This document shows positions 1-9,045 of a stretch of DNA of 19,023 nucleotides, one piece after another. Numbering within the stretch: position 1 is the stretch's first letter; each line of letters starts with the position of its first letter. Made by a program: the position numbers and the translations under genes. The stretch covers positions 1 through 19,023 of the forward strand of contig JBDRVN010000037.1 of the NCBI GenBank assembly GCA_039801885.1. Direction: 5' to 3'. Source of the stretch: a candidate division WOR-3 bacterium. GTDB taxonomy: Bacteria; Hydrothermota; Tepidihabitantia; Tepidihabitantales; DTDR01. The notes beneath the pieces were generated by a model. That model ran no database searches and was not told where the DNA came from. It saw only the letters and a list, made by a program, of their open reading frames with translations.

Positions 1-162
1 AATGAAGAGAAAGAAATAACAAAAGAAATAAAAAATCTCTCTTTTGAAGGCAAAAAAATCTACGACATAACCGGCAAAATTGTAAAAGAAAAGAAGTTAA
101 AAAAAGGCATCTACTTTAAAGAAACCGAAAAAGGAATAAAAAAGATATTGATTTTAAGATAA
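1..162 (+). CDS. 3' end of a protein with a T9SS type-A-like C-terminal sorting domain (partial, starts before window)
   Basis: Frame 1 is open from base 1 to TAA at 160-162: NEEKEITKEIKNLSFEGKKIYDITGKIVKEKKLKKGIYFKETEKGIKKILILR*. It contains IYDxxG, GIYF and terminal KxxI motifs typical of the CTD. Not in the ORF track. Confidence 0.75.
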   Translation, partial: NEEKEITKEIKNLSFEGKKIYDITGKIVKEKKLKKGIYFKETEKGIKKILILR

Positions 163-261
163 GGAAAACAAACTAAAAAAAGTATTTATTTTCTAAAAAC
201 TGAAAAAGAGAATAAAAAGATTGTAATTTTAAAATAAATAAATTCTTTCTTTTTGAGAGTA

Positions 262-289
262 TTGACTTTTATCTTTTATTTTATAAAAT
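262..289 (+). promoter_or_regulatory. sigma70-type promoter, probably giving a leaderless mRNA
   Basis: TTGACT(262-267)-N16-TAAAAT(284-289); ATG at 296 is 6 nt downstream, with no SD. Confidence 0.65.
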
Positions 290-295
290 TATCTA

Positions 296-1201
296 ATGAG
301 AAGGTATCTTTTTCTATTTATTTTCTTTGCTCTCTTTTCTCAGGAATATGTTGGCGAGTTTGAGGAGTTAGGAACTTCCGCTTGTGGTGTTGGTTTTGGT
401 CAGGCAATGGTTGGCTTGAAAAAAGATGGTTCTTCTTTTTATTATAACCCTTCGCTTACTTGTCTTCATAATAAAAGAGAGTTTTATTTCTATCATTCGG
501 AAAATTATGGTGGCGAATTTAGAAACGAGTATTTTTCTTTTATCCTTCCAAAAGAAAGATATGGTTTAGGTTTTTCTTTATATGCCAATCTCATTCCTAA
601 TATTCCTTATTGTTCTTTGCCGGACCCAAATTCACCACCAAATGAAAGCACAAATAAACCAATATTTGTAAAGAATGTTTTTGCCTATGACCTTATCCCC
701 TATTTCAATTTTGCCTTTTTCTTAAAAGATTTTCTTGTTTTGGGTTTTAATTTGAAAATTATCTACCGTAATATTTATACTCAATGGGGATTTGGTGGCG
801 GTATTGATTTTGGTTTCTCTTTGATTCCTGAAAAAGATATATTATTAGGCTTAAGAGTTAGAAATATTACAAGTTCACCAATCATCTGGTCTGATAAGAA
901 AATAGAAAAAATAAAGCCAAATTTAGCAATTGGCATCAGTAAGAATTTTGGTGCTCTTACCCTTGCCTATGAAGGTGAGCCAAGTTTAAATAAACTTCCT
1001 GATAATAATAGTTTTGGATTGGAATATAAAATAAAAGACCTGATTGCTTTACGAGTTGGTTTCTATCACCATTGTTTTGCTTTTGGTTTTGGAATAAATT
1101 ATCGTTCAATCTATTTAGATTATGGTTACGAAACAAAAAAATATTTAGATAGTGATTTGCCGGCTTCTACTTTAAAAGTAAGCGGAGGAGTGAAATTTTA
1201 G
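296..1201 (+). CDS. PorV/PorQ (UPF0164)-family outer-membrane beta-barrel protein
   Basis: Signal peptide, GxSAxGxGxGxA and FYYNPS motifs (cf. YWNPAGL), GGGIDFG, GLEY..LIALRVG, amphipathic beta strands and C-terminal Phe. Confidence 0.7.
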   Translation: MRRYLFLFIFFALFSQEYVGEFEELGTSACGVGFGQAMVGLKKDGSSFYYNPSLTCLHNKREFYFYHSENYGGEFRNEYFSFILPKERYGLGFSLYANLIPNIPYCSLPDPNSPPNESTNKPIFVKNVFAYDLIPYFNFAFFLKDFLVLGFNLKIIYRNIYTQWGFGGGIDFGFSLIPEKDILLGLRVRNITSSPIIWSDKKIEKIKPNLAIGISKNFGALTLAYEGEPSLNKLPDNNSFGLEYKIKDLIALRVGFYHHCFAFGFGINYRSIYLDYGYETKKYLDSDLPASTLKVSGGVKF

Positions 1202-1794
1202 GTCCGGAATACGGAAGAAAATTTGTCCATCTAATAGCCCTTTTAATTCCAATTCTTTATTATTTTCTACCAAGAAAGTTGAGTATCTTTTTAATGTTTT
1301 TAACTGCTTTAACATTTCTTATTGTTGATTTTTTAAGGCTTCATATTAATCCGGTAAAAAGTATCTTTATAATTTTGTTTGGTTCATTATTAAGAAAAAG
1401 AGAATTTACTTCTTTAACCGGTGGTAGTTATCTAATGCTTGCCTCTTTGGTTAATATGCTTATTTTTGAAGATAGGGGTATATTTATGGCATCTATTGCT
1501 TTTCTGGCGGTTGGTGATACAATGGCAGCCCTTATTGGCTTAACCCATGGAAAAACAAAGATTTTTACATTGAAAAAGACCTTAGAAGGAATGATTGCCT
1601 GTTTTTTATCTTGTACCTTAATCAGTTATATTTTATCTATTTTGCCCAATATAAATTTACCTTTAAAGATTGGCTTGATTGGTGCTGCTATCGCAACAAT
1701 CATTGAAGTTCTTCCTTTAGAAGTGAATGACAATGTCCTTATCCCCTTGGTTTCAGCAATTGGTATGCAGATTTTTAAAGCGATTTTACCTTAA
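1195..1794 (+). CDS. Dolichol/phytol kinase (SEC59/VTE5/DGK1, CTP_transf_1-like) membrane protein; start probably ATT at 1195 rather than TTG at 1279
   Basis: GDTMAALIG, KKTLEG and NDNVLIP motifs with multiple TM helices. The frame extends upstream through GPEYGRKFVH (family ExxRKxxH motif). SD GGAGG lies at 1184-1188. Confidence 0.75.
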   Translation: MLGPEYGRKFVHLIALLIPILYYFLPRKLSIFLMFLTALTFLIVDFLRLHINPVKSIFIILFGSLLRKREFTSLTGGSYLMLASLVNMLIFEDRGIFMASIAFLAVGDTMAALIGLTHGKTKIFTLKKTLEGMIACFLSCTLISYILSILPNINLPLKIGLIGAAIATIIEVLPLEVNDNVLIPLVSAIGMQIFKAILP

Positions 1795-1795
1795 C

Positions 1796-1842
1796 TTGAC
1801 TTTAAAAAGAAAATTTTTATAATTTTTACTTAAAAAAGGAGG
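1796..1842 (+). promoter_or_regulatory. sigma70-type promoter and Shine-Dalgarno sequence
   Basis: TTGACT(1796-1801)-N16-TATAAT(1818-1823); AGGAGG at 1837-1842 before ATG 1847. Confidence 0.75.
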
Positions 1843-1846
1843 AAAG

Positions 1847-3817
1847 ATGGTAAGTAAGAAAACAATTTTAACTTTAATAATTAGTGCTTTTTTATTTAAT
1901 CTTTTTGCTGCCGATAATTTTTTAACTCCTGTCTATAATTATTATCTTACCGAGGAATGGGCAAAAGGAATAAATTATTTAGATTCTTTATTATCTTTAG
2001 AGAAAAATCCGGATAAGATAATTATTTTATTAATAGAAAAAGGTGATATCTATTTTGATAAGTTAAAAGATTATAAGAAGGCAGAAGAGATTTATCAGGA
2101 GATTATTAATAATTATAAAAAGTCAAAACTTTTACCAGAAGTCTATTATCGGTTAGGGCTTTTAAAAGAGTTACAAGAAGATTATTTAAGTGCCGCCCAG
2201 ATTTTTGAAAAAGTTGCTGTTGAATATTCAAAATCAAAATATGCCGAAGATGCCTTAGATGCGATTGAGAGATGTTTTAAAAAGAATTATATTGAAAAAG
2301 TTGCCTCTGTTGATGGCTGGCCTATTACCCAGATTGAATTTGACGAAAGAATTTCCAGAAATCCCACCGCTTATGAGAAATTTGAAGATAAATTAAAACT
2401 TTTAAATGAAATGATTGATGAAAGATTATTATACTGCGAAGCAAAAAAGAAGGATTTATTTTCTTTAATAAAAGATAATTATGAAGAACATAGGAAGATG
2501 CTTGTGTTTCAACAATGGTATCAGGATGAGGTGGTTAACAAAATTAAGGTTAGTAAAAAGGAGAAAAAAGGTTATTATAAGAAAAATAAAGGAAATTACA
2601 TAAGAGAAGAACAAGTAAAAGCAAGAGAGATTTTGGTTAAGGAACTGCCGCAAGCCTTAGAGTTAAGAGACAAGTTTATAAAAAATGAACTGGCTTTTGA
2701 TTCAATAGCGAAAGATACAACTATTAACCTTTCTCCTAATAAAAATGGAGATTTAGGTTATTTCAAAAAGGGAACTTATGATAAGGCAATTGAAAAAGTT
2801 GCTTTTAAATTAAAAGTCGGCGACATATCAAAACCGATAAAGACAAAAGAAGGATATGTTCTTTTAAAATGCGAGGATAAAAAGCCAAAAGAAGTTAAGA
2901 AATTTAAAGATGTGGAAGGTGATATTGAATTGAGAATAAAAAATGAAAAGATTAACAAATATTTTGAAGAGAAAATAAAAAGTTTAATGGCAAGCGCTTT
3001 ACCAGTAATTGATACTCAGGCGATAAAAGAAAATAGAGAAGAGATTGCTAAATTTCATAATATCACGATTAAAAGCTCTCAATTAGAAGAGAGAATATCT
3101 CGATTACCGCCTTTTGTTCGTCCCCAATTTGAAACACCCGAAGGAAAGAAAAAATTAGTGGAAAATATTATTCAAGAATATTTGATATTAAAAGAAGCCG
3201 AATCAGTTAAATGCTATCTAAGAAATAGTGTATTTGGTCCGCTTCAAGAACGTCTTAAAAGCCTTTTGATTAACCAGTTAAAAAAAGAAGAAATCTCTGA
3301 TAAAGTGATAATAAAAGAAGAGGAATTGAAAAATGATTATAAAACTAATCTAAAAGATTTCTTCGTACCGGAACAGGTTAAGGCAAGAGAGATTGTTGTT
3401 CGTTCAAAAGAATTAGCCGAGAAAGTGAGAATGAAACTATTGAAAGAAAAAATACCTTTTGATTCTCTCGTTAAAGAATATTCGGTTTCTCAGACAAAAT
3501 ATTTTGGTGGTGATTTGGGATATTTTTCCAAAGATGATAAACACAAACCAAAAGAAGTTATTCAATTTGCCTTTCAAGCAAAGAAAAATGAAATTAGCAA
3601 ACCAATAAAACTTAATGATACTACTTTTGTAATCATAAAAAAAGAAGACCATAAAAAAGCCCATTATCGTCCCTTTGATGAAGTAAAAGATAAGATTGAA
3701 AGAAAATTAAGAAAAGAAAAAGAAGAGCAACTTTATAACGAATTCATTGCTGATTTAAGGAAAAAAGCAAATATTGAAATTCTATTAAAAGAAGAGAAAC
3801 AAGAAGAAGAGAAATAA
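1847..3817 (+). CDS. Exported TPR protein with tandem SurA/PrsA-like parvulin (PpiC) chaperone modules
   Basis: Signal peptide; TPR-like helices (EVYYRLGLL, YSKSKYAEDA); two modules each with EQVKAREI.V, GDLGYF, EISKPIK and F.EV...IE..L. Confidence 0.85.
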   Translation: MVSKKTILTLIISAFLFNLFAADNFLTPVYNYYLTEEWAKGINYLDSLLSLEKNPDKIIILLIEKGDIYFDKLKDYKKAEEIYQEIINNYKKSKLLPEVYYRLGLLKELQEDYLSAAQIFEKVAVEYSKSKYAEDALDAIERCFKKNYIEKVASVDGWPITQIEFDERISRNPTAYEKFEDKLKLLNEMIDERLLYCEAKKKDLFSLIKDNYEEHRKMLVFQQWYQDEVVNKIKVSKKEKKGYYKKNKGNYIREEQVKAREILVKELPQALELRDKFIKNELAFDSIAKDTTINLSPNKNGDLGYFKKGTYDKAIEKVAFKLKVGDISKPIKTKEGYVLLKCEDKKPKEVKKFKDVEGDIELRIKNEKINKYFEEKIKSLMASALPVIDTQAIKENREEIAKFHNITIKSSQLEERISRLPPFVRPQFETPEGKKKLVENIIQEYLILKEAESVKCYLRNSVFGPLQERLKSLLINQLKKEEISDKVIIKEEELKNDYKTNLKDFFVPEQVKAREIVVRSKELAEKVRMKLLKEKIPFDSLVKEYSVSQTKYFGGDLGYFSKDDKHKPKEVIQFAFQAKKNEISKPIKLNDTTFVIIKKEDHKKAHYRPFDEVKDKIERKLRKEKEEQLYNEFIADLRKKANIEILLKEEKQEEEK

Positions 3818-3820
3818 AAT

Positions 3821-4234
3821 TTAAAGTCCTTCTATTTCAATTTCTCTTTCATTTTTTCCAGCAATAGATATTTTTATGTTAATTCTTTTTTTGGGTAAGA
3901 CCTTCTCAATTTTTTCTGCCCATTCAATTAAACTTATTCCATCACCATAAATATATTCTAAAAGTCCGATATTATCTATCTCTTTTATATCTTCTAAACG
4001 ATAAAGGTCAATGTGGTAAATAGGAAATTCGGTTTGATAGATAGCAACAATTATAAAACTGGGGCTTTTTATTGGCTTTTTATAAGAGAGACCGGAAACA
4101 ATTCCTTTTATTAAAGTTGTCTTACCACTTCCTAATTCACCATAAAGGGCTAAAACATCACCTTTTTTTAATTTTTTTGCCAGTTTTTCTCCAAATTGAA
4201 TTGTCTCTTCTTCGGAATAGGTTTTTATTTTCAC
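3821..4234 (-). CDS. tsaE: tRNA t6A biosynthesis ATPase TsaE
   Basis: GELGSGKTT Walker A, SPSF, YHIDLYRL and IEWAE motifs; GTG start. Confidence 0.95.
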   Translation of the reverse strand: MKIKTYSEEETIQFGEKLAKKLKKGDVLALYGELGSGKTTLIKGIVSGLSYKKPIKSPSFIIVAIYQTEFPIYHIDLYRLEDIKEIDNIGLLEYIYGDGISLIEWAEKIEKVLPKKRINIKISIAGKNEREIEIEGL

Positions 4235-4237
4235 TTG

Positions 4238-5410
4238 TTAAATAATTTCAATTGCCATCGCTACTGCCTCACCACCGCCTAAACAAATAGCTGCTAAACC
4301 TTTTGTTTTCTTTATCTCTTTTAAGGCATAAATCAAAGTTACAAGAATTCTTGTGCCACTCGCACCAATTGGATGTCCTATAGCAACGCCACCGCCTTTC
4401 ACATTTACTTTATTCCAATCCCAATTTAATTCTTTACCATCAGCAAGCACTTGGACAGCAAAGGCTTCATTTATCTCTATTAAATCAAAATAATCAATAT
4501 TTACCTTCAAAATATCCAAAATCTTTCTAATTGCTTTTACGGGCGCATAAAAAAGCATCTTTGGTTCCACACTACCAACGGCATAAGCAACAATTTTTGC
4601 CAAAGGTTTTAATTTGTATTCTTTTACAAAATCTTCTGAGGCAACAACTACTGCGGCTGCTCCATCACTAATTTGGGAAGCATTGCCAGCAGTAACTGTT
4701 CCGTCAGGTTTAAAAGCCGGTCTTAATTGAGCAAGTTTCTCTAAAGAAGTATCTGGTCTTGGACCTTCGTCTTCCTTTACCACAATTGGTTCTCCTTTCT
4801 TTTGAGGGATAGTAATTGTGATTATCTCATCATTAAATCTTCCTTCTTTTGTTGCTTTTACTGCCTTTATGTGACTTTCGTAAGCAAACTTATCCTGCAT
4901 CTCTCTTGTTATTCCGCTTCTTTCCGCAGTAAATTCAGCCAATATTCCCATATGAACATCTTCAAAGGCACACCAGATACCGTCATAAATCATTCCATCA
5001 ATTAATTTTACTTCTCCCATTCTCACACCGGTTCTTAAACCATATAGATAATAAGGAACATTAGACATTGATTCTTGTCCGCCAGCAACCATTACTTTTG
5101 CATCGCCAGCCTTTATTGTCTGACAGGCAAGAACAACAGAAATTAATCCCGAGCCACAAACTTTATTAACCGTAAGTGAAGGAATTTCTGATGGTATACC
5201 AGCTTTAATTTGTGCCTGTCTTGCTGGTGCCTGACCTAAACCTGCTGGACAGACATGACCCATTATCACGCCGTCAACCTTTTCTTTTGGTATTCCTGCT
5301 TGTTCCAATGCTCCTTTGATAGCAATTGCTCCTAATTCCGGAGCCTTAAAACTTGCTAAACTACTTAAAAATCTGCCAATTGGTGTTCTTTTTGCGCCAA
5401 TAATATACAT
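4238..5410 (-). CDS. Acetyl-CoA C-acetyltransferase (thiolase)
   Basis: VNKVCGSG, NEAF, GHPIGASG and CLGGG catalytic motifs. Start revised to ATG 5410, which has SD AGGAGGA (5414-5420) and a TAATG overlap with the upstream stop. Confidence 0.95.
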   Translation of the reverse strand: MYIIGAKRTPIGRFLSSLASFKAPELGAIAIKGALEQAGIPKEKVDGVIMGHVCPAGLGQAPARQAQIKAGIPSEIPSLTVNKVCGSGLISVVLACQTIKAGDAKVMVAGGQESMSNVPYYLYGLRTGVRMGEVKLIDGMIYDGIWCAFEDVHMGILAEFTAERSGITREMQDKFAYESHIKAVKATKEGRFNDEIITITIPQKKGEPIVVKEDEGPRPDTSLEKLAQLRPAFKPDGTVTAGNASQISDGAAAVVVASEDFVKEYKLKPLAKIVAYAVGSVEPKMLFYAPVKAIRKILDILKVNIDYFDLIEINEAFAVQVLADGKELNWDWNKVNVKGGGVAIGHPIGASGTRILVTLIYALKEIKKTKGLAAICLGGGEAVAMAIEII

Positions 5411-6192
5411 TATTCCTCCTTTTTCCAATTAGGTTCTCTCTTTTCTAAAAAGGCTTTTAAGCCTTCTTTTGCTTCTTTACTACTAAAATTCAAGGCAAAT
5501 AACTTTATCTCCCATTCTTTTGCTTGGTCAATACTCATATTTAAAGATTGATTTATCGCCTGTTTTGCCAATTTTATTGCCAAGGGACCACGAGCAATTA
5601 TCTTCTTTGCTAAATTCTTTGCCTCCTCTAATAATTTATCTTTTGGATATATTTTATTAACCAAACCAATTCTCAATGCTTCATTAGCATCAATCATTTC
5701 GCCGGTGAAAATTAATTCCTTGGCAATTCCTGCACCACATATTCTTGGCAATCGGATATTTCCACCAAAACCAGGAATTATTCCTAATTTTACTTCTGGC
5801 TGACCAATCTTGGCATCTTCAGCCATTAATCTAATATCACAAGCTAAAGCAATTTCACAACCACCACCTAAAGCATAACCATTGATTACTGCGATAACTA
5901 CTTGTGGGAGATTTTCAATCTTAGAAAGTAAACGATGACCATTACAAGCAAACCTTTCAGCATCAAAAGGAGAGAAATTCGCCATTTCTGAGATATCCGC
6001 ACCAGCAACAAAAGCCTTTCCTTCGCCAGTAATGATTAAAAACCGAATTTTCTCATTCTCTTTTATCAAATCAATCGCCTTTTCTAACTCTAAAATAGTT
6101 TCGGTATTTAAAGCATTTAAAACTTGTGGACGATTTATCTTTAAAATTGCTATTTCTTCTTCGTATTCTAAAATAATATTTTTAAAATTCAT
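5410..6192 (-). CDS. crt: Enoyl-CoA hydratase (crotonase)
   Basis: NRP..LNALN, FVAGADI, ALGGGCE and GQPEVKLGIIPGFGG; both catalytic Glu present; SD AGGAGGT at 6196-6202. Confidence 0.9.
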   Translation of the reverse strand: MNFKNIILEYEEEIAILKINRPQVLNALNTETILELEKAIDLIKENEKIRFLIITGEGKAFVAGADISEMANFSPFDAERFACNGHRLLSKIENLPQVVIAVINGYALGGGCEIALACDIRLMAEDAKIGQPEVKLGIIPGFGGNIRLPRICGAGIAKELIFTGEMIDANEALRIGLVNKIYPKDKLLEEAKNLAKKIIARGPLAIKLAKQAINQSLNMSIDQAKEWEIKLFALNFSSKEAKEGLKAFLEKREPNWKKEE

Positions 6193-6214
6193 AAAACCTC
6201 CTAATTAAAAAGAT

Positions 6215-6242
6215 ATTATACAAGAACTTATTTAAAAGTCAA
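6215..6242 (-). promoter_or_regulatory. sigma70-type promoter of the crt-thiolase-tsaE operon
   Basis: Minus strand TTGACT(6242-6237)-N16-TATAAT(6220-6215). Confidence 0.75.
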
Positions 6243-6249
6243 AAACTGC

Positions 6250-6277
6250 TTGAATTATTTTCTTTTTAAATTATAAT
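6250..6277 (+). promoter_or_regulatory. Divergent sigma70-type promoter
   Basis: TTGAAT(6250-6255)-N16-TATAAT(6272-6277), back to back with the crt promoter. Confidence 0.7.
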
Positions 6278-6305
6278 TTTAAAAATGAAAATAAATGGAG
6301 GAAAT

Positions 6306-9002
6306 ATGATAAAAAAAATCTTTTATTTTCTTTTATTAATTTTTCCAGTAGTTGTAATGAGTAAAGAAGTTGGTATATTCTTAGAAGAGAAGATAATTAA
6401 CGGAGAAAAATTCATCCATCATACTCTTTTTGACGGTAATAAAGAAATCAGCCTTGATGAAATATCAAAAACTCCTTTTTTAAGTTTCTGTCCGGAAACG
6501 GGATTGATTTGGGTAGACCGAAATCACCGAGCAGCAATCGTTCAGAGTATTGATATTACTGATGATGGAATGGGAATCTTTGCTTATTGGGATTTAAATG
6601 ATGAACGGGCATCTTTTTACCGTACGATTGGTGCTAATTCTCCTCTCTGGGAATATTCCGGTGAGTTTTATTGGACCTATGGCGGTCATTCTATTGGTGC
6701 TTCTTATAATGGTTCTGGTTTGGTTTTAAGCAGCAATAATAGTTGTTATTACTGGAATAAAAATTCTTCTTTTCCAATATGGATTTACAATTATCCAATA
6801 AGTGGCGGAGGAATAAGTAAAATCTCTTATGATGGAAATTATATTGCTTCAGCAACCATCCGCGGTGATTTGTTTCTTCTTGATAAAGAAGGAAATCTAA
6901 TTTGGCAAGCAAATTTTAGTGAAGGTAATCGTTTACAAGGGTTAGATATGTCTAACGATGGTTCGATAGTAGTTGTTACTGTTTATGATTCCTGTTTTAT
7001 TTTTGAGAACGGTGTAAGAAGAGGTGCTTTACCAATTGGTACTTATAACTGTGGCACTCAATATGCAGCAAAAATTTCTTATGATGGAAGATTATTAGTA
7101 ACTGGTGATTATTATGGCTATGTAAAACTTTATTATTGGAATGGTTCTTCTTATCAATTAAAATGGTCAAGTTTAGTAGGTAATCCTTGGGTGACTGATA
7201 TTGCTATCTCAAAAGATGGCTCAACAATTGCTTGTGGTACTGGTTATGCTAATGGTAAAGTGGTTGTTTTTGATAGTTCCTCAGCAACGCCTTTATGGAG
7301 TTATCAAGGTTATGGCGGATATGGTGCAATGGTCAGTTCGGTTGCCTTATCTTATGATGGCAGTCTTATTGCTACCGCCTCTTGGGGTGATACTGCCCAA
7401 ACTGGTTCCTTTTATGTCTTTACTATTCATCACAGAAATTCCAGTATTCCAATAACTGGAATCACCCGTAACCAAGAACCGGGTTCACTCTTTGCTTGTG
7501 ATATATCAAGTGACGGTAGTTACGCCACTTGTGGTGGCAAAGCAGTCCACGCTTATCGTTTAGGAAATGGTGGCGAAGTATATTCAATAACTATTAAAAG
7601 AAGACCAAAATTAAATGTCGGAACAACAAATATCCTTTCGCCTTCTCGTCATATCCGAGTTAATGAAACAATTACTCCCCAAGCACAATTTTATAATTTT
7701 GGTGACAGCACAGTAAATTTCTATGCCTATTCAATAATAAAAGTTAATGATACTATTTTAAGAAAAGAGTCATTATTAATAACTTCTTTAGGTCCAAATT
7801 CTTCAAGAATATTAACTTTTAGTAATTTTACTCCTTCATTTTATAGTTATTATGATTTTCTATTTTATACCAACCTTATTGGCGATACCTATCCTTACGA
7901 CGATTCTTTATCAATTAAATCAAAGTGCTTTCATGATGCCGAAGCAAAACTAATAAACTCACCTTTTTCTGAAATGACTGTCGGTTACACTTTTCCTTGT
8001 AAATTAACAATAAAAAATAATGGTTCCTATAATGATTCAATCAAAGGAATACTTATTATCAAAGATTCATTAAATAATGAAATTTATGTGGATTCGGCAG
8101 TTTCTCAAATTATTTATCCCGAACAAGAATATACTTTAACTTTAAGAAATTTTACTATTCCTTATGTTGGTTCTCTCAAAGCCGAAGGTAAAGTAAGAGT
8201 AAACGATGATTTTATTTCTTCTAACGACACTATAAGCAAAAACTTTGTTGGCAGTTATGAGATAATATATGACGATGGCTTAGCAGATGCTTATTATTGG
8301 GTTGGTAGATTAAATAACGATAAGTTCTATGTGAGATTTACACCCACATTAACACCGCCTTTTAGCATTACTGGTGGTAGAGTTATGGTAAATATGGCTA
8401 ATACTCCTTTTGATTATATTCTTTTATGTAAAGATGAAAATGGTATACCAGATACCGCCAATCCGCTTGCCCGCGTAGAAAATATTTCTTCTCCTAATGC
8501 GCCATCTTGGGCAAATTTTGTTTTCAATGTAAATATTTATTCATCAACTGATTTATGGGTAGTATTACACTGGCCTAATAATTCGCCTGCCTTAGGAGTT
8601 GGTGCCGATGCCAACGAGCCAAGGGATTATCGTTCTTACTGGTCTTCTAATGTTGATACTTTTCAATTATGGCAATTCCATGATTGGATGGTAAGAATTA
8701 CCCAATCGCCGCAAGTAGTCATTAATGAAAACTTATCAAAGGAAAAGAAAAAAGTTTCCATCTCACCAAACCCATTTTTTAAGGAATTAAATATTAGATT
8801 TTCTTTTCCCTTTTCGGAAGATTTAACAATAAAAATCTATGACATAAAAGGAAATCTAATTGATAAAATAGTAAGAAACAATTTAAAATCCGGTGAGTAT
8901 AACTTTAAGTGGCAAAAAAGAAATCTTTCCCAAGGTGTTTATTTAATTGAATTAAATTCTAAAAGTTTTCAATACAAAGAAAAAGTTATCTATCTAAAAT
9001 AA
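6306..9002 (+). CDS. Large secreted protein: WD40/PQQ-like beta-propeller, Ig/CARDB-like domains and T9SS type-A CTD
   Basis: Signal peptide; repeated IS.DG..I and P.W.Y propeller blades; two Ig-like units (N.G ... D....ND); terminal ISPNPF...IYDIKGNLI...GVYLI...KVIYLK. Start ATG 6306 is favoured by GGAGG at 6297-6301 (the ORF track uses 6285). Confidence 0.8.
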   Translation: MIKKIFYFLLLIFPVVVMSKEVGIFLEEKIINGEKFIHHTLFDGNKEISLDEISKTPFLSFCPETGLIWVDRNHRAAIVQSIDITDDGMGIFAYWDLNDERASFYRTIGANSPLWEYSGEFYWTYGGHSIGASYNGSGLVLSSNNSCYYWNKNSSFPIWIYNYPISGGGISKISYDGNYIASATIRGDLFLLDKEGNLIWQANFSEGNRLQGLDMSNDGSIVVVTVYDSCFIFENGVRRGALPIGTYNCGTQYAAKISYDGRLLVTGDYYGYVKLYYWNGSSYQLKWSSLVGNPWVTDIAISKDGSTIACGTGYANGKVVVFDSSSATPLWSYQGYGGYGAMVSSVALSYDGSLIATASWGDTAQTGSFYVFTIHHRNSSIPITGITRNQEPGSLFACDISSDGSYATCGGKAVHAYRLGNGGEVYSITIKRRPKLNVGTTNILSPSRHIRVNETITPQAQFYNFGDSTVNFYAYSIIKVNDTILRKESLLITSLGPNSSRILTFSNFTPSFYSYYDFLFYTNLIGDTYPYDDSLSIKSKCFHDAEAKLINSPFSEMTVGYTFPCKLTIKNNGSYNDSIKGILIIKDSLNNEIYVDSAVSQIIYPEQEYTLTLRNFTIPYVGSLKAEGKVRVNDDFISSNDTISKNFVGSYEIIYDDGLADAYYWVGRLNNDKFYVRFTPTLTPPFSITGGRVMVNMANTPFDYILLCKDENGIPDTANPLARVENISSPNAPSWANFVFNVNIYSSTDLWVVLHWPNNSPALGVGADANEPRDYRSYWSSNVDTFQLWQFHDWMVRITQSPQVVINENLSKEKKKVSISPNPFFKELNIRFSFPFSEDLTIKIYDIKGNLIDKIVRNNLKSGEYNFKWQKRNLSQGVYLIELNSKSFQYKEKVIYLK

Positions 9003-9006
9003 AATC

Positions 9007-9034
9007 TTGATTTTGGATTTGTCTTAATTATAAT
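9007..9034 (+). promoter_or_regulatory. tRNA-Leu promoter
   Basis: TTGATT(9007-9012)-N16-TATAAT(9029-9034), 11 nt before the tRNA. Confidence 0.7.
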
Positions 9035-9045
9035 TTAAATAAATT

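Noticed and set aside
1190-1203. Programmed frameshift fusing the PorV-like and kinase genes at AAATTTTAG
   Set aside because: The heptamer is not in the X XXY YYZ register of the upstream frame, and fusing an outer-membrane barrel to an inner-membrane enzyme is implausible; an ATT start is simpler.
2465-3664. Three short minus-strand ORFs (2465-2653, 2776-2958, 3437-3664)
   Set aside because: Antisense shadows of the Lys/Glu-rich chaperone gene; Phe/Leu-rich with no motifs.
5411-5428. TTG start extending thiolase (MEKGGI)
   Set aside because: The extension is simply the SD read in frame; ATG 5410 has proper spacing and a stop-start overlap.
4802-7455. ORFs 4802-5005, 6691-6912 and 7201-7455
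   Set aside because: Wholly inside well-supported genes, antisense or off-frame, with no recognisable features.
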